From assembly GCA_010015805.1 (NCBI GenBank), contig ML978121.1:868001-932000 (forward strand): a DNA stretch of 64,000 bases. The letters run 5' to 3'. Under the pieces are notes generated by a model, which did no database searches, had not been told where the DNA came from, and worked only from the letters and a program-made list of their open reading frames with translations. The stretch comes from Rhizodiscina lignyota (lineage: Eukaryota). Shown here one piece after another: positions 61,810 to 64,000 of this stretch; the first letter of the stretch is position 1, and each line of letters starts with the position of its first letter. Position numbers and translations under genes: made by a program.

Positions 61810-63895
61810 ATGCCCTGGACCTCGGAGGGCATCGCAATGCTGCTAGCTTATTTGGACAACTGCATCAAACGAAGGAAACAAAACGGCTTTTTCCAGGAGT
61901 CGGTTACTAAATTCCTGAAAAACAGCATTGAGGAGTATTTCACCTGGAAGCAAGTGAGCGCAAAGCTCCGCGCCATCCTGTCGCACTCGCATGGAATTCA
62001 AGGGAAAGTTGCCAAAGCCAGGGGCACCAAAAGTGAAGCAGAGCTAAAAGAGTTAAAGAGCAACTTAATGGGAGAGGCAATGAAAGAGCTAATAGCGAAT
62101 GGCTCCAAGGTGCTTCGCTTTAAAAGATTCGGGAAAGGCTGGACAGGGATCCCAATAAGTCGATCAATGGTAGAGGAGGCGAGCAGGCAAATCGATGCAA
62201 AAAGCCACAGAACCGATAACGAGCGAGACGCATCCGATATCGAGTTGAGAGACGCAGCGCAGAAACTACCATCTGAAAGACATAGGTCTTCACGCGCTCA
62301 AGCAGAGACTTCCGGGAACACCGAAGCTAATAACCATGGCATTTCCGGGACCGAGTCTGTCCATGAGCCTGCGACTAACCACCTCCGGGACCAGCAGAGC
62401 TCCAAAACGCCAGATCACATGGAACCGAACATGCAAAGCAAGAATGTTGCCATAGCAGAACATAGCGATTTAGCTTCGGTTCCAACCAGACCAGTGCCAG
62501 ACATCCGACAGATCGAACCAGATGAAAGCATACAAGATTTGCCACAAGAGAGTCAATGCGAGGGTTCTTTGATCCATGGGGCAAAAGATCACGGTCAAGT
62601 CCAAGAGTCGTCGAAGGGAGCCTCAGAACTGGATCAGCGGGCCACGCCATCTAATACAAGAGAAAAAGCGGTAGACGATCAGCTCAAACGGATGGAGGAA
62701 CGGATAGCTCAGACGGGGGATGAGTACAAAGAGATTCTCAACTTGCTGCGTTCGCAACAGTATAGAGGCCAAAAAGAGCAGAGTATTCCGAACGACCCAA
62801 CAAACATACTTCAGACCACGCGAGACGAGTATGCATCGATCCTCGCCAAAAAGGACGAAGAAATCAACGATCTTCGAAACCAACTGAATGATGCACAGAA
62901 CGCAGCAAGATATGTGGGAGAAGTGAGCGAAATTAACCATCAAATCCATGTCGAGCAACCCATGGCCGTTATTTTCGAGACACGTATCAAGCAGGCGGCC
63001 CAGGCTATCTCCGTGAATTTGTCGAAACCACTTCAGAATCCGAGACCAGGATCCGTCGCAGCTAGACTGCTGATACGTGCTTGCACCGGTAGACCAGAGA
63101 GTCTCTGTACAGGTGTGCCGACATTGGATATAATGAACATGGACCCACAGGCAGTAGTACGTGCGCTTGTCGCTGCATTTGTCCAAGAACAGGTGTTCGA
63201 AGAAGAGTGGCCAAAGTTTGATCAGGATGAGTCACGTCTCTTGAAGTACTCTCGGGAATTCATTGCTTCCCAAGACGGTAATTCCTTCAAACCCTGGGCC
63301 AGACGACTCGAAGCTCGATACTGACATGATATTAGGAGGCTTGAAATTTATCCAAGTCGTCAACCACATAGCGCACAAGAAGCTAGTTAATGAAGCATCG
63401 TTCAAAACAGAAATGGTTGCCGGGAAAGTAGGGCGGCTGATGATCTTACTCTTGGAAGTCCTGGCCGATATCATTTCGCCCAAAAAGGATAACGAGACTC
63501 CGGACATAGGCGCAAACTGTATTCTTCCGATGCCATCCGAACACCTCCTCTATAGCTCGATGCACAAGGCATTGCTCCTCAAAACTCAGGTCCTTCTGAG
63601 TCCCAACATCTTCAGGTCGTACCATGTCCCTGCAGGTACACAGTTCAACCCAAAATTCATGAAGATGGAGACGAAGAACATGGTAGTGGAGGAGTTGGAA
63701 GTCGGTGCCGATGCAGTTGTAAAGTTGTGCTTATCGCCGGCGATTCTCTACTGGGACGGGCTGAAGACACCGGAAGGACGTGGGAGATACGAGCAAGTAG
63801 CATTTCGCTACAGCACATTCTGGCCCTGGGATCCACATGACGAGAGTCAGAAAGATCCTTATTGCCACTCCAAGGCGATTGTCATTATCGAGTAG
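61810..63895 (+). CDS. Hypothetical protein: Myb/SANT-like N-terminus, disordered linker, coiled coil, helical domain, GrpE-like C-terminus
   Basis: ORF 61810-63324 joined via an intron (about 63277-63336, CTGAC branch) to ORF 63263-63895. N-terminus WTSEGIAMLL...FTWKQVSAKLR; C-terminus PAGTQFNPKFM...VKLCLSPAI...HSKAIVII. Confidence 0.8.
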
Positions 63896-64000
63896 TTGGC
63901 TGTCTAGGGTGGGTTGCTCTGGTCTTTGGGCTCGCCTGTTCCGCGCACATGGATAAGGGAGTTAGTAATGAATTGATTCTGCGTGGATAGCTGAGCACTA

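Noticed and set aside
1..64000. tRNA/rRNA genes and a secondary-metabolite cluster
   Set aside because: GTTCGA hits lack cloverleaf context. There is no PKS, NRPS or terpene synthase backbone to tie the SDRs, cupin or DUF3445 into a biosynthetic cluster.

Overview
Gene-dense eukaryotic DNA from a filamentous ascomycete (Pezizomycotina). It has short GT-AG introns with CTAAC/CTGAC branch sites and about 28 protein-coding genes. A conserved housekeeping block (about 30.9-47.3 kb: NIPSNAP, CPT1/EPT1, ketopantoate reductase, Rrp47/C1D, Mix17/CHCHD2, CVNH protein, CENP-T, Cms1, Rac) is flanked by more accessory-looking regions. Two multi-gene modules stand out. (1) A co-oriented minus-strand trio at 21.2-28.0 kb: a 65-aa three-exon microprotein, a CorA-like membrane protein lacking the GMN filter motif, and a non-RD protein kinase fused to a C-terminal VWA domain. 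(2) A head-to-head pair at 58.4-63.9 kb: an atypical HSPA12-type Hsp70 with a degenerate phosphate-1 loop, and a protein with a Myb/SANT-like N-terminus, coiled coil and GrpE-like C-terminus. Also present are a 334-bp hAT-type MITE (TIRs plus 8-bp TSD), a BTB gene with an in-frame stop, two SDR paralogs (one with catalytic Tyr replaced by Met) and an intronless bacterial-type cupin. Gene models were spliced by eye and family calls come from motif recognition; no database searches were run.
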